Below are positions 53,616 through 64,000 of a stretch of 64,000 nucleotides of DNA, piece by piece (within the stretch, counting starts at the first letter, position 1; every line of letters begins with the position of its first letter). The position numbers and the translations under genes were made by a program. The notes under the pieces are model-generated. The model was not told the DNA's origin. It was given only the letters and a program-made list of their open reading frames with translations, and did not search any database. This DNA is from Lactobacillus sp. GTDB lineage: Bacteria; Bacillota; Bacilli; Lactobacillales; Lactobacillaceae. The stretch lies in assembly GCA_022641965.1 (NCBI GenBank), contig JALCDX010000006.1, forward strand, positions 2,231-66,230. Reading direction: 5' to 3'.

Positions 53616-55709
53616 CGGCTGTTATCAAATGGCCTGTTCTATATCGTCGTTTTCGTGATTCTCCTGTCCGGCATTAACTGGGCCCTAGGCGGGTCTAGCA
53701 ATAGTGGCGGCAGCCGGACGATTCGCTATTCCGAATTTGTCAAAGAATTAAAGGCTAAAAAAGTTAAAAGCTTTGACATCCAGCCGGCTAATGGAGTTTA
53801 TACGGTGACTGGCACTTACCGCAAGGCTCAGACTGTCACACAAAGCGGTGGTTCGTTCAATTTGTTGGGCAGCCAGCAAAAGACGAAAGTTACGCACTTT
53901 AGTACGACCATGCTGCAATCAGATGCAGCCGTTAAAGATGTGCAAGACTTAGCCAAAACGACCAATACTTCGCTGTCTTCGCGAGGAGAATCGCAGACGG
54001 GCAGCTGGATTTCTACTTTGGTGATGCTGGTGCCAACGATCATCTTCATCGTCATGCTTTGGATGATGATGAACCAAACCGGTGGTGCTGGCCGTGGCGG
54101 CAACGGTGTCATGAATTTTGGCCGTTCACATGTCAAACCGCAGGATCCAAGCAAGAACAAAGTCCGCTTCTCCGATGTTGCGGGTGAAGAAGAAGAAAAG
54201 CAAGAACTGGTAGAAGTTGTTGAATTCTTAAAGAATCCAAGTCGGTACCTGAAATTGGGTGCCAGAATTCCAGCCGGGGTTTTGCTGGAAGGCCCTCCTG
54301 GAACTGGTAAAACCTTACTGGCTCGGGCTGTAGCTGGTGAAGCCGGTGTGCCTTTCTACTCAATGTCAGGTTCTGACTTCGTTGAAATGTTCGTTGGTGT
54401 CGGTGCTTCGCGGGTTCGTGATCTGTTTGAAACAGCTAAAAAGAATGCCCCATCTATCATCTTCATCGATGAAATTGATGCGATCGGTCGTCGGCGTGGC
54501 AACGGCATGGGCGGCGGCAACGATGAACGTGAGCAAACACTGAACCAATTGCTGGTTGAAATGGATGGTTTCTCCGGCAATGAAGGCGTCATTGTTATTG
54601 CGGCTACCAACCGATCTGATGTTTTGGACCCAGCTTTGCTGCGGCCTGGCCGGTTTGACCGGAAAGTCTTGGTCGGCGCGCCTGACGTTAAAGGCCGTGA
54701 AGCTATTTTACGGGTTCATGCCAAGAATAAGCCTTTAGCTAAAAGCGTGGACTTGCGCGAAGTTGCTCGGCAAACGCCTGGCTTTGTTGGGGCTGACTTG
54801 GAAAACGTTTTAAACGAAGCGGCTTTGGTTGCTGCTCGGCGCCATAAGACTGAAATCGACGCGGCTGATATTGATGAAGCTGAAGACCGGGTAATTGCTG
54901 GACCAGCTAAAAAAGACCGGATCATTTCACCAGAAGAGCGCAAGCGCGTGGCTTACCACGAGGCTGGTCACGCCATTGTTGGTTTGGTTTTAAGTGATTC
55001 ACGGACAGTCCGCAAGGTTACGATTGTTCCGCGCGGCAAGGCTGGCGGCTACAACATCATGCTGCCAAAGGATGATGAATTTATTCTGACCAAACGGCAA
55101 TTGATGGAACAAGTCGCTGGTTTAATGGGTGGCCGTGCTGGTGAAGAAGTTGTTGTTGGCGATCAGTCAACTGGTGCTTCCAACGACTTTGAACAAGCAA
55201 CAAACGTAGCTCATTCGATGGTTGCCATGTACGGAATGAGCGATGTTGGTTTGGCTGAGCTGGACAAGCAAGGCGGCGCAGTTGATCAATACGGCACTAA
55301 ACCTTACAGTGAAGCTACTGCTGCGCAAATTGATCAAGCAGTCAAGCAGATCTTGGAAGAAGGCCATGCTGAAGCGATCAAGATCATCAAAGAAAATCGC
55401 GACAAGCACCGCTTAATTGCTGAAGCGCTGCTGAAGTACGAAACTTTGAATGAAAAGCAGATCATGTCCTTGTACAAAGATGGCAAGATGCCTGATGACG
55501 AGCAAGATGAATTCCCATCAGAAAGCAAGGCTTCAACTTACGAAGAAGCTAAAGCTGCCATGGAGAAGAAAGAGCAAGTCAAATCTCAGCAGAAAGCACT
55601 TGATGCAAGTTCTGCTGATGAAAATGATCAAGCTGCTGAACCAGATACTAACAAGACAAAGCCTGAATCAAACGAGCCAAACGATGACTCGGACTCAGAT
55701 CAGGAATAA
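53598..55709 (+). CDS. ftsH: ATP-dependent zinc metalloprotease FtsH
   Basis: Two TM helices, [24 protein letters not shown]. Confidence 0.97.
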   Translation: MKNRRNRLLSNGLFYIVVFVILLSGINWALGGSSNSGGSRTIRYSEFVKELKAKKVKSFDIQPANGVYTVTGTYRKAQTVTQSGGSFNLLGSQQKTKVTHFSTTMLQSDAAVKDVQDLAKTTNTSLSSRGESQTGSWISTLVMLVPTIIFIVMLWMMMNQTGGAGRGGNGVMNFGRSHVKPQDPSKNKVRFSDVAGEEEEKQELVEVVEFLKNPSRYLKLGARIPAGVLLEGPPGTGKTLLARAVAGEAGVPFYSMSGSDFVEMFVGVGASRVRDLFETAKKNAPSIIFIDEIDAIGRRRGNGMGGGNDEREQTLNQLLVEMDGFSGNEGVIVIAATNRSDVLDPALLRPGRFDRKVLVGAPDVKGREAILRVHAKNKPLAKSVDLREVARQTPGFVGADLENVLNEAALVAARRHKTEIDAADIDEAEDRVIAGPAKKDRIISPEERKRVAYHEAGHAIVGLVLSDSRTVRKVTIVPRGKAGGYNIMLPKDDEFILTKRQLMEQVAGLMGGRAGEEVVVGDQSTGASNDFEQATNVAHSMVAMYGMSDVGLAELDKQGGAVDQYGTKPYSEATAAQIDQAVKQILEEGHAEAIKIIKENRDKHRLIAEALLKYETLNEKQIMSLYKDGKMPDDEQDEFPSESKASTYEEAKAAMEKKEQVKSQQKALDASSADENDQAAEPDTNKTKPESNEPNDDSDSDQE

Positions 55710-55763
55710 TACGCAAAACAGAGTCGCCTTCTTCGTGACTCTGTTTTTGTTAGGAGCAAAAGC

Positions 55764-56657
55764 ATGAATGATTATTTAGTAAAAGCAATTGATAAAAGCA
55801 AGCAGCTGCGGCTGTTAACAGTAACAGCTAAAGACCTGGTTCAGGAAGCGCATCAGCGTCATGATACCTGGGCTGCTTCGACGGCAGCTTTGGGCCGGAC
55901 TTTAATTGGAACTTTGCTTTTATCGGCAGCAGAATTGACTGATAAAGAAGAATTAACTGTCCGTTTACTGGGCAATGGGCCTGCTGGTGCGATTATTGCG
56001 ACGAGCAAGGCTAATTACACTGTCAAGGGCTACCTGCAAAATCCGCATGTGCAAGTACCAGTGGCTAAAGCTGGTCATATCAACGTGAAAGCGGCAGTAG
56101 GCACTCAGGGCTGGCTGGAAGTAACCAAGGATTTAGGCTTAAAAGAGCCTTATACTGGCCAAGTGCCGATTGTCAGCGGCGAAATTGCTGAGGACTTTAC
56201 CTACTACCTAGCTAAGTCTGAGCAGATTGCTTCCTCGGTTGGGTTGAGTGTTTTTGTCAACCCTAATGAAAGCGTGGGGGCAGCTGGCGGTTTTATGCTG
56301 CAGGCGCTGCCAGGTGCCAGCGAGCAAACTATCAGCCGAGTAGAACAAAATATCAAATCGCTGCCAGCTTTATCGAAACTGTTTTTGGATGGCACAACGC
56401 CAGAACAGTTAGCACAAAAGATTCTTGGTGCTGATTGCAAGCTGCTGGAAACTGATCCAGTTGCTTTTGCTTGCGATTGCAGCAAGGAAAAATATGGCCG
56501 TATTTTGGAAACCTTGCAAACACAGGAATTGACCAGCATGATCAAAGAAGATCACGGCTGCGAGTTGACTTGCAAGTTCTGCGGCAATCAGTATCATTTT
56601 AATAAAGACGAACTGCAGGCTATTTTGACCAAAAAACAGCAGGAGCAAGAGTATTAA
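55764..56657 (+). CDS. hslO: Hsp33 redox-regulated chaperone
   Basis: GEIAEDFTYY, SEQ, CDCS and CKFC Zn motifs. Confidence 0.94.
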   Translation: MNDYLVKAIDKSKQLRLLTVTAKDLVQEAHQRHDTWAASTAALGRTLIGTLLLSAAELTDKEELTVRLLGNGPAGAIIATSKANYTVKGYLQNPHVQVPVAKAGHINVKAAVGTQGWLEVTKDLGLKEPYTGQVPIVSGEIAEDFTYYLAKSEQIASSVGLSVFVNPNESVGAAGGFMLQALPGASEQTISRVEQNIKSLPALSKLFLDGTTPEQLAQKILGADCKLLETDPVAFACDCSKEKYGRILETLQTQELTSMIKEDHGCELTCKFCGNQYHFNKDELQAILTKKQQEQEY

Positions 56658-57682
56658 TGAAGCAAAGCTGGAAAATTCGTGAAATTGAAATTCCCAACCG
56701 CGTAGTTGTTGCCCCGATGGCCGGCGTTTCTAACGCTGCCTTTCGGGTGGTTTGTAAAGAATTTGGGGCCGGGCTGGTTAACTGTGAAATGATTTCGGAT
56801 CACGGCATCATTTACCGCAATAAGAAGACTTTGTCGATGATGCAGGTTGATCCGCGCGAACACCCGATGGGCATTCAAATTTTTGGCGGGACCGAAGAAA
56901 CGATGGTGCAAGCTGCGCAATATGTCGACCAGCATACGGCGGCTGACATTATCGATATCAATATGGGCTGTCCGGTGCCTAAAGTCACCAAAACCGATGC
57001 TGGTGCGCGCTGGCTGCTGGATGCTAACAAAATTTATCAAATGGTGCACCGAGTAGTACAGAACGTCTCTAAGCCAGTCACTGTCAAAATGCGGATTGGC
57101 TGGGACCGCAAGCATATTTTCGCCGTGGAAAATGCTTTGGCTGCCCAAGAAGCAGGAGCTAGTGCGCTGGCGATGCATGGCCGCACCCGTAAGCAGATGT
57201 ACATGGGCGAAGCAGATTGGGAGACTTTGCATGAAGTTGCCCAGGCCCTGACGATTCCATTTATCGGCAATGGCGACGTGACGAGTCCGCAACTGGCAGA
57301 AAAGATGCTGACGGAGGTTGGTGCAGACGCAGTCATGGTTGGCCGAGCAGCCCTTGGCAATCCATGGATTTTGAAAGATATGGTTCACTATTTGGCAACG
57401 GGTGAAACTTTGCCGCCGCAAACAGTGCGTGAACGCGTGGAAACTGCTAAGGAACAGCTAGACGGTTTGGTTAAATTAAAGGGAGAAAAAGTTGCCGTCC
57501 CAGAATTTCGCCAGCAAGCAGCTTATTATTTGAAAGGAATGCCTCGTTCAGCTCGAACCCGTGCTAAAATAAATTCTGTTTGGACGCGGCAAGAGGTGTA
57601 TGATTTATTAGACAATTTTGTCGCTGATTATGAAAAACGACAGCAGCAGAAAGCAGCTCAAGCAACCATGAGGGGGAAATAA
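56657..57682 (+). CDS. dusB: tRNA-dihydrouridine synthase B
   Basis: [33 protein letters not shown]. Confidence 0.93.
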   Translation: MKQSWKIREIEIPNRVVVAPMAGVSNAAFRVVCKEFGAGLVNCEMISDHGIIYRNKKTLSMMQVDPREHPMGIQIFGGTEETMVQAAQYVDQHTAADIIDINMGCPVPKVTKTDAGARWLLDANKIYQMVHRVVQNVSKPVTVKMRIGWDRKHIFAVENALAAQEAGASALAMHGRTRKQMYMGEADWETLHEVAQALTIPFIGNGDVTSPQLAEKMLTEVGADAVMVGRAALGNPWILKDMVHYLATGETLPPQTVRERVETAKEQLDGLVKLKGEKVAVPEFRQQAAYYLKGMPRSARTRAKINSVWTRQEVYDLLDNFVADYEKRQQQKAAQATMRGK

Positions 57683-57683
57683 A

Positions 57684-59234
57684 TTGGCTAAGAATGAAGT
57701 AAATGACCAGATTTTAGTTCGTCGGCAAAAGATGGACGAACTGCGTGCTAATGGGATTGATCCTTTTGGCAGCAAGTATGAACGCGAAGATTTGGCAACA
57801 GACCTGCAGAAGAAATATGCAGTTGATGACAAAGAAGAATTAAACGCTGATATGCCAATCACTAAAGTCGCCGGCCGGATGCTGGCTAAGCGTGGCAAGG
57901 GCAAGGTTGGCTTTGCTGACTTGTATGACCGGACGGGCAAGATTCAAATTTATGTCCGCAAAGATATCGTTGGCGAAGACAACTACAAGATTTTCAAGAA
58001 GTCTGACTTAGGCGACTTTTTGGGCATCGAAGGCGAAGTTATGAAAACTGATACCGGTGAATTGACGATCCGGGCTCAGCACGTGACCTTCCTGTCCAAA
58101 GCTTTGCGTCCATTGCCAAACAAATGGCAAGGTCTGCAAAATGTTGAATCCATCTACCGCCAACGCTACTTGGATCTGATTACCAACCGCAAGTCTTACG
58201 AACGTTTTGTCCACCGGACTCAAATTATCCAAGCAATCAGAAACTACTTGAATGAACGCGGCTTCTTGGAAGTTGAAACGCCAGTTCTGCACAATATTCC
58301 AGGCGGGGCTGAAGCACGGCCATTTATTACGCACCACAATGCTTTAGACATTGACTTGTACATGCGGATTGCGTTGGAATTGCCGCTGAAGCGCTTAATT
58401 GTCGGCGATATGGAACGGGTATACGAAATTGGCCGGGTCTTCCGTAACGAAGGTTTGGATACCCAGCACAACCCAGAATTCACCGAGCTGGAAACCTACT
58501 GCGCTTACTGGGACTTTGAAGATGTTATGGATGAAACCGAAGGCATCTTCAAGGCTGCAGCCAAGGTAGTCACTGACAACGGCAAAGTAACTTACCAAGG
58601 AACTGAAATCGACTTGGGCAAGCCATTCAAGCGCGTCCACATGGTTGATTTGATTAAAGAAAACACTGGCGTTGACTTCTGGCAGCCAATGACTGATGAA
58701 GAAGCTAAGCAAATTGCGATTGACCACGGCATCCAGCCTGAAAAATACTGGAAAGTTGGGCACGTTATCAATGCCTTCTTTGAAGAATTCTGCCAACCAA
58801 AGATTGTTGACCCGACCTTTGTTTATGGCCACCCAGTTGAGATTTCACCATTGGCTAAGAAGAATAAGCAAGATCAACGCTTCACTGACCGGTTTGAGGT
58901 TTACATTATGGGCGAAGAATATGGGAATGCTTTCTCAGAATTGAACGACCCAGTTGACCAGCGTCACCGTTTCGAAGCGCAAATGGCTGAGCGTGAAGCC
59001 GGTAATGACGAAGCCGACTTGATTGATGAAGACTACCTGCGGGCGATGGAATACGGCATGCCGCCTACAGGTGGTTTGGGCATCGGCATTGACCGTCTGG
59101 TCATGATTTTGACTGATGCGCCAGCCATTCGTGATGTATTGCTCTTCCCAACCATGCGTCCTGAAAAAGTTGAAGACGTTGATGCAGAAGTACAAGCCGA
59201 TTTAAAGGCTGCAAAGAAAAAAGCAAATAAATAG
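57684..59234 (+). CDS. lysS: Lysine--tRNA ligase (class II)
   Basis: [33 protein letters not shown]; TTG start. Confidence 0.97.
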   Translation: MAKNEVNDQILVRRQKMDELRANGIDPFGSKYEREDLATDLQKKYAVDDKEELNADMPITKVAGRMLAKRGKGKVGFADLYDRTGKIQIYVRKDIVGEDNYKIFKKSDLGDFLGIEGEVMKTDTGELTIRAQHVTFLSKALRPLPNKWQGLQNVESIYRQRYLDLITNRKSYERFVHRTQIIQAIRNYLNERGFLEVETPVLHNIPGGAEARPFITHHNALDIDLYMRIALELPLKRLIVGDMERVYEIGRVFRNEGLDTQHNPEFTELETYCAYWDFEDVMDETEGIFKAAAKVVTDNGKVTYQGTEIDLGKPFKRVHMVDLIKENTGVDFWQPMTDEEAKQIAIDHGIQPEKYWKVGHVINAFFEEFCQPKIVDPTFVYGHPVEISPLAKKNKQDQRFTDRFEVYIMGEEYGNAFSELNDPVDQRHRFEAQMAEREAGNDEADLIDEDYLRAMEYGMPPTGGLGIGIDRLVMILTDAPAIRDVLLFPTMRPEKVEDVDAEVQADLKAAKKKANK

Positions 59235-59337
59235 CTAAACACTAAATTGTCCTTGTTTTGGTTCACAAAACAGGGACTTTTTTTACGCAAAATTTAATAA
59301 AAAAGTTTCACTCCCCAGCCTGATAATTTTTTGTCAT

Positions 59338-59384
59338 ATACAAGATGATCGTGTTCCACAACGTTCGGATACAATATCTAGTAT
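59338..59384 (+). promoter_or_regulatory. Putative NrdR boxes upstream of nrdD
   Basis: ATACAATATCTAGTAT at 59369-59384 fits the NrdR box; a weak second copy lies 31 bp upstream at 59338. Confidence 0.6.
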
Positions 59385-59428
59385 CTGTGCTAGAATTAAG
59401 CCAGCATATTTAGAGGAGTGGATGCGCA

Positions 59429-61636
59429 ATGCTAAAACCGACTGCCAATGCCCAAGTTATTTTCAATTTGAAGACGCCGCAATTTTTGATTAAGCGTGAT
59501 GGCTACAAATATCCATTTGCCTTATTCAAGTTGCAACTGGTCTTGGACGAGTTAGGTTTGGAGGATCGGCATCAGCAGATTTTAGCTGACGTGTTAGCCA
59601 AATTGAACGGACAAGACACGGTGACAGCTGAAGCTGTGTCTGCTGCCATGCATGCAAGTCTGCTTGAATTAGGCTACTCAGAGCAAGCTAAGCAATTTGC
59701 GGCTTACCGTCAGCAAGAGGCGGTTAAATTTAAAGAGCAGACCGATACGCAAACTAGGCTTGAGCGCATGGTGCACAAAGATCCGACAATTATCAACGAA
59801 AATGCCAATAAAGACAGCAATGTGTTTAGCACGCAGCGAGATTTGACTGCTGGAATCGTGGGCAAAACCGTCGGCTTGACGATGATCCCTGAGCATATCG
59901 CCAAAGCGCACTTGCGCGGCGACATTCACTGGCATGACCTCGACTACACGCCACTGAGTCCGATGACGAACTGCTGCTTGATCGATTTTAAGGAAATGCT
60001 GACGCACGGCTTTAAGATCGGCAATGCCCAAATGGAGAGCCCGCAGTCGATTGGCGTTGCTGTCAGCCAAGTTGCGCAAATTATCGCCAATGTTGCTTCC
60101 AGTCAATATGGCGGCTGTTCGTTTGACCGGGCTGATCAAGTCTTAGCTCAATTTGCCAAGAAAAACTGCGACAAGCACTTGGCTGCTGCTCATGAATTAA
60201 TTGATGACGAAGAAAAAGCAGCCGCTTTTGCCAAAAAACGGACTTGCAAGGACATTTATGATGCGATGCAAAGCCTGGAATACGAAATCAACACCTTGTT
60301 TTCTACGCAAGGGCAAACGCCATTTACTTCTTTAGGGTTTGGTTTAGGAACTTCTTGGATTGAAAAAGAAATCCAAAAAGACATCCTGCGAATTAGGATT
60401 GTTGGCCTAGGCAAAGAGCACCGGACCGCAATTTTTCCTAAATTGCTGTTTACGATTAAACGCGGGCTTAATCTGCACCCAGGCGATCCCAACTATGACG
60501 TTAAGCAATTGGCGATCGAATGCTCAACCAAGCGGATGTACCCTGATGTTTTAATGTATGACAAAATCAAGGAAATCACTGGTTCATTCAAATGCCCGAT
60601 GGGGTGCCGGTCATTCTTGCAAGGCTGGAAAGATGAGCATGGCCGTGAAATCAATTCTGGCCGGATGAACCTGGGTGTAATTACTGTCAATTTGCCGCGG
60701 ATTGCCATGGAAAGCCAGGGCAATAAAAAGCTGTTCTGGCAGATTTTCAACATTCGCATGCAAACGGCCCATGAAGCTTTGCAGCTAAAAGCGCGCCGGG
60801 CGCGGCAAGCTTCACCGCTGAACGCTCAGATTTTGTACCAGCACGGAGCCTTTGGCATCCGTTTGCCGGAAGATGGCAATGTCAATGATTTGTTTAAAAA
60901 CGGCCGGGCGACGATTTCACTAGGATATATTGGTTTATATGAAGTTGGGACTGTCTTCTATGGCCCGAATTGGGAGCACAACCAGGAGGCGCATGCTTTT
61001 ACCGTCGAAATCGTTAAAAAGATGCACGACTTGTGCGCCAAGTGGGAACATGATGATCCTAACCACTACCATTACAGTCTGTATTCCACGCCGAGCGAAA
61101 GTTTGACCGATCGTTTTTGCCGGCTGGACACGAAGAAATTTGGCAAGGTCAAGGATATTACTGATAAGGAGTACTACACCAACTCTTTCCACTACGATGT
61201 CCGCAAACACCCAACCCCATTTGAAAAATTAGAGTTTGAAAAAGATTATCCATACTACGCAGCGGGCGGTTTTATCCACTATTGCGAATACCCGAATCTG
61301 AAGCAAAACCCGGCAGCCCTAGAAGCCGTGTGGGATTGGGCTTATGACAAAGTTGGCTACCTGGGAACGAATACGCCGATTGACAAATGCTACAAATGCG
61401 GTTTTGCTGGTGAATTCAAGGCTACAGCTAAAGGCTTTGAATGTCCAAAATGCGGCAACCACGATCCGCGCACTTGCGATTGCGTCAAGCGGACCTGCGG
61501 CTACTTAGGTAATCCGCTGCGCCGGCCAATGGTGCACGGTCGCCACGAAGAGATTGCCCACCGGGTTAAGCACATGGGCACAGGCTTGGAAGGATCCCTA
61601 GCCGCCGCTGAAATGGCCAAGAACAAGGAGTATTAA
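59429..61636 (+). CDS. nrdD: Anaerobic (class III) ribonucleoside-triphosphate reductase
   Basis: NENANKD, HWHDLDY, TNCCL, PMGCRS, CxxC pairs, RTCGYLG glycyl-radical loop. Confidence 0.96.
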   Translation: MLKPTANAQVIFNLKTPQFLIKRDGYKYPFALFKLQLVLDELGLEDRHQQILADVLAKLNGQDTVTAEAVSAAMHASLLELGYSEQAKQFAAYRQQEAVKFKEQTDTQTRLERMVHKDPTIINENANKDSNVFSTQRDLTAGIVGKTVGLTMIPEHIAKAHLRGDIHWHDLDYTPLSPMTNCCLIDFKEMLTHGFKIGNAQMESPQSIGVAVSQVAQIIANVASSQYGGCSFDRADQVLAQFAKKNCDKHLAAAHELIDDEEKAAAFAKKRTCKDIYDAMQSLEYEINTLFSTQGQTPFTSLGFGLGTSWIEKEIQKDILRIRIVGLGKEHRTAIFPKLLFTIKRGLNLHPGDPNYDVKQLAIECSTKRMYPDVLMYDKIKEITGSFKCPMGCRSFLQGWKDEHGREINSGRMNLGVITVNLPRIAMESQGNKKLFWQIFNIRMQTAHEALQLKARRARQASPLNAQILYQHGAFGIRLPEDGNVNDLFKNGRATISLGYIGLYEVGTVFYGPNWEHNQEAHAFTVEIVKKMHDLCAKWEHDDPNHYHYSLYSTPSESLTDRFCRLDTKKFGKVKDITDKEYYTNSFHYDVRKHPTPFEKLEFEKDYPYYAAGGFIHYCEYPNLKQNPAALEAVWDWAYDKVGYLGTNTPIDKCYKCGFAGEFKATAKGFECPKCGNHDPRTCDCVKRTCGYLGNPLRRPMVHGRHEEIAHRVKHMGTGLEGSLAAAEMAKNKEY

Positions 61637-61640
61637 CGCC

Positions 61641-62354
61641 GTGCCAGAAAAAGATAAAAACAATCAAGAAGGTCCAGACATGCGCAGCAGCATGATCAAG
61701 GTCAATATTGATGGCGATACGATGTTCGTTGATGCCAACCAATATAAACCGCAAGTTGAGCATGCTAAAAAGTTGCTGCGGCAAAAGCGGCTTCCGAAAA
61801 ATCCTAAGCCGCAAGAGTGGAAGTCAGAAGATTATAGCTTTCATAAAATTGCCGACTACAAGCCGTTTAACTTTGTCGATGGCGAAGGTGTCCGCTGCAG
61901 TTTGTACGTTTCCGGCTGTTTGTTTGATTGCCCAGGCTGCTACAATTTGGCGGCGCAGAACTTTAATTACGGTTTTCCTTATACGCAGGAGCTGGAAGAG
62001 CGAATTATTAAAGATCTGGCCCGGCCATATGTGCAAGGATTGACTTTTTTAGGCGGCGAACCATTTTTAAACACATGGGTCTGCCTGAAATTAATTAACC
62101 GCATTCGGCAAGAATTTGGCCATAGCAAAGATATTTGGTCCTGGTCAGGCTATACTTGGGATGAATTGCTGCAGGAGACGGCTGACAAAAAAGAAATGCT
62201 ATCGAAAATTGACATTTTAGTGGATGGACGGTTTTTGGAAGCTAAAAAAGATTTGACCCTGCAGTTCCGCGGGTCGAGCAACCAGCGCATTATTAACGTG
62301 CCTAAATCTCTGCAATCCGGTAAAGTCGTGATTTGGGACAAATTAATCAGATAG
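61641..62354 (+). CDS. nrdG: Anaerobic RNR activating protein (radical SAM)
   Basis: VDGEGVR, GCLFDCPGCYN (CxxxCxxC), LGGEP, FRGSSNQR. Confidence 0.94.
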   Translation: MPEKDKNNQEGPDMRSSMIKVNIDGDTMFVDANQYKPQVEHAKKLLRQKRLPKNPKPQEWKSEDYSFHKIADYKPFNFVDGEGVRCSLYVSGCLFDCPGCYNLAAQNFNYGFPYTQELEERIIKDLARPYVQGLTFLGGEPFLNTWVCLKLINRIRQEFGHSKDIWSWSGYTWDELLQETADKKEMLSKIDILVDGRFLEAKKDLTLQFRGSSNQRIINVPKSLQSGKVVIWDKLIR

Positions 62355-62412
62355 GTTAGAATGAAGAGAAACTGATAGCAGTTGCTCTTTTTTCTTTAGA
62401 CGGAGAATTTAA

Positions 62413-62988
62413 ATGAAAACAGATCGGGTTAAATTGGCAGATCAGGTTATTCAAAAGCTGCACACCATAGAAGATCCTGAATTATTTGTGGATATCGTCA
62501 ATTTGGGTTTGATTTACGGGGTAGATTTAGCTGGTAATAAGTGCACGATTTCTATGACGCTCACAACGATGGGTTGTCCGCTGAATGATTACTTGGAAGA
62601 ACATATCAAGCAAGCAGTTCTGTCGCTGCCTGAAATTAAACAAGTGGAGATTAAATTGGTTTGGTATCCAGTTTGGACGGTCGACCGGATGTCGGAAGCG
62701 GCTAAAAAAGCTTTGGGCGTTGGCCAGCCTGTTAAGCAAGAAAAAAGAGCAGCTGATAAGCGGAAAAAAGTTTTGGACCTGCATACCCCAATTAAAACTT
62801 TTGCTGATCGCTATCCAGAGTTTGTGAAAGATATGTATGACATAGGCTTTACCCGGATTACGATTCCAGGGATGCTTAATACAGTGGGCCGCGTGATGAC
62901 GCTGAAGCTAGGCGCTAAAGCAATGGGGTTTGATTTAGACAAAGTCAAGCATGATTTGGAACAGAAAGGGTATCAGATCGATGACTAA
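62413..62988 (+). CDS. DUF59 (SufT/MIP18-like) Fe-S assembly protein fused to a DUF1858-like domain
   Basis: DPEL..DIVNLGLIY, TLTTMGCP, VWYPVW; C-terminal YPEFVKDMYDIGFTRI..PGMLNTVGRVMTL. Confidence 0.82.
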   Translation: MKTDRVKLADQVIQKLHTIEDPELFVDIVNLGLIYGVDLAGNKCTISMTLTTMGCPLNDYLEEHIKQAVLSLPEIKQVEIKLVWYPVWTVDRMSEAAKKALGVGQPVKQEKRAADKRKKVLDLHTPIKTFADRYPEFVKDMYDIGFTRITIPGMLNTVGRVMTLKLGAKAMGFDLDKVKHDLEQKGYQIDD

Positions 62989-64000
62989 GGCGCAAACTTC
63001 TAAGGAGCGGCAAGCAGCGATTGTCAAAATTCTGCAGTATATTCAATCTGGCGGCGACTTTGACACAGCGAAAAAGATGTTTCAGGAGGAATTTGACCAA
63101 GTCGATGTCGCAGAGATTACGGCGGCTGAGCGGCAATTGATTGCTGGCGGGCTTGATCCAAGCAAAATTCAGGCTTTGTGCGATATTCATGCTGATGTGT
63201 TTAAAGGCAGCATTAAGCAGCCAGCGGAAAATCCAGATTTTGCTAAACCTGGTCACCCAGTGAAAACTTTTAAATTAGAAAATGTTGTCATTAAGTCGCT
63301 TATTAATGATTATTTATTGCCAAATTTAAAAAAATGGCAGCAGACGGGCGATAATGATCAGTTAGCAAAAGTCAGACAAGCGCTAGCTGATTTAGCAACA
63401 ATCGATAAGCATTATGCCCGTAAAGAAACTTCGCTGTTCCCGCTCATGAACAAATACGGCATTACTGCTCCGCCAGAAGTGATGTGGGGCGCTGACGATG
63501 ACATTTGCGGCGAGATTAAGGCGGCAAGAAAATTAGCTGCTGCAGAAAAGCCAGCTGCTGAGAAGTTGTCAACTGCCGTTCAGCAAGCTAGCCAGGCAGT
63601 TTTAGGGATGATTTTTAAAGAAGAAGCAATCATGATCCCAATGATTGACGAAGTTGCCAGTCAAGCAGATTGGTACAACGTCAAACAAGAGGAACAGCAG
63701 ATTGGCTATACTTTGATTAACCCGCCAATGAATTGGCGGCCAAAATTGCCGCAAAAAGCCGCAGGTCCAGTCAGCATTAGCGATCTGTCTGCGCTCTTTA
63801 TCAACTTTAAAGAGGGCAAATTGAATTTGCAGCAGCTGCAGGCGATTCTAGATAGGCTGCCCTTTGCCCTGACTTTTGTGGATGCTGATGATAAAGTTGC
63901 TTACTTTGGCGGCGGGGCAGAAATTTTCCCGCATTCTAAAAACGCACTGGGCAATTTAGTGTTTTATTGCCACCCAGCGGAAGTGCGGCCGAAGATTAAG
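62981..64000 (+). CDS. DUF438 / hemerythrin-like / PAS domain protein, 3'-truncated by window edge
   Basis: Read by hand from ATG 62981: EITAAERQL, LCDIHADVF, GHPVKTF, HYARKE..LFP, PPEVMWG, MIFKEE, then LPFALTFVDADD (PAS); no stop seen before the window end. Confidence 0.82.
   Translation, partial: MTKAQTSKERQAAIVKILQYIQSGGDFDTAKKMFQEEFDQVDVAEITAAERQLIAGGLDPSKIQALCDIHADVFKGSIKQPAENPDFAKPGHPVKTFKLENVVIKSLINDYLLPNLKKWQQTGDNDQLAKVRQALADLATIDKHYARKETSLFPLMNKYGITAPPEVMWGADDDICGEIKAARKLAAAEKPAAEKLSTAVQQASQAVLGMIFKEEAIMIPMIDEVASQADWYNVKQEEQQIGYTLINPPMNWRPKLPQKAAGPVSISDLSALFINFKEGKLNLQQLQAILDRLPFALTFVDADDKVAYFGGGAEIFPHSKNALGNLVFYCHPAEVRPKIK

Noticed and set aside
56654-57421. 255-aa antisense ORF over dusB, and other antisense or overlapping ORFs in the track
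   Set aside because: Shadows of well-conserved genes caused by codon bias, with no motifs or RBS.

Overview
Chromosomal segment of a Lactobacillus (acidophilus/delbrueckii-like group, inferred from gene order and protein sequences). It is mostly core genes: metQNI, pepE, tagD/tagF/flippase, hsp20, greA-like, a LexA-boxed Y-family polymerase cassette, tRNA-Gly, trpS, metG-tatD-rnmV-rsmA-veg-purR-glmU, prs, rpoE, pyrG, murA, an ABC exporter pair, rpmE2, murF-cshA-acpS-alr, serC-serA, cbpA, pth-mfd-divIC-tilS-ftsH-hslO-dusB-lysS and nrdDG. No CRISPR array, prophage, integrase or transposase is visible. Unexplained structure clusters in four places. (1) Two diverged ~240-bp structured ncRNA-like units, each with its own antisense promoter and two terminators, flank an orphan hicB (3734-4770). 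(2) Three palindromes in exact 40-bp register lie upstream of an AAA_14/DUF4143 ATPase-nuclease gene (28394-28495). (3) Two exact tandem duplications of translation-initiation regions (cshA, 50 bp; ftsH, 41 bp) each create a leader ORF whose stop overlaps the real start. (4) An AT-rich insertion between glmU and prs carries two paralogous YSIRK/SLAP surface-protein genes, one broken by a stop and a frameshift and one switched off by a G8 tract. All calls come from reading motifs by eye; no database searches were run.
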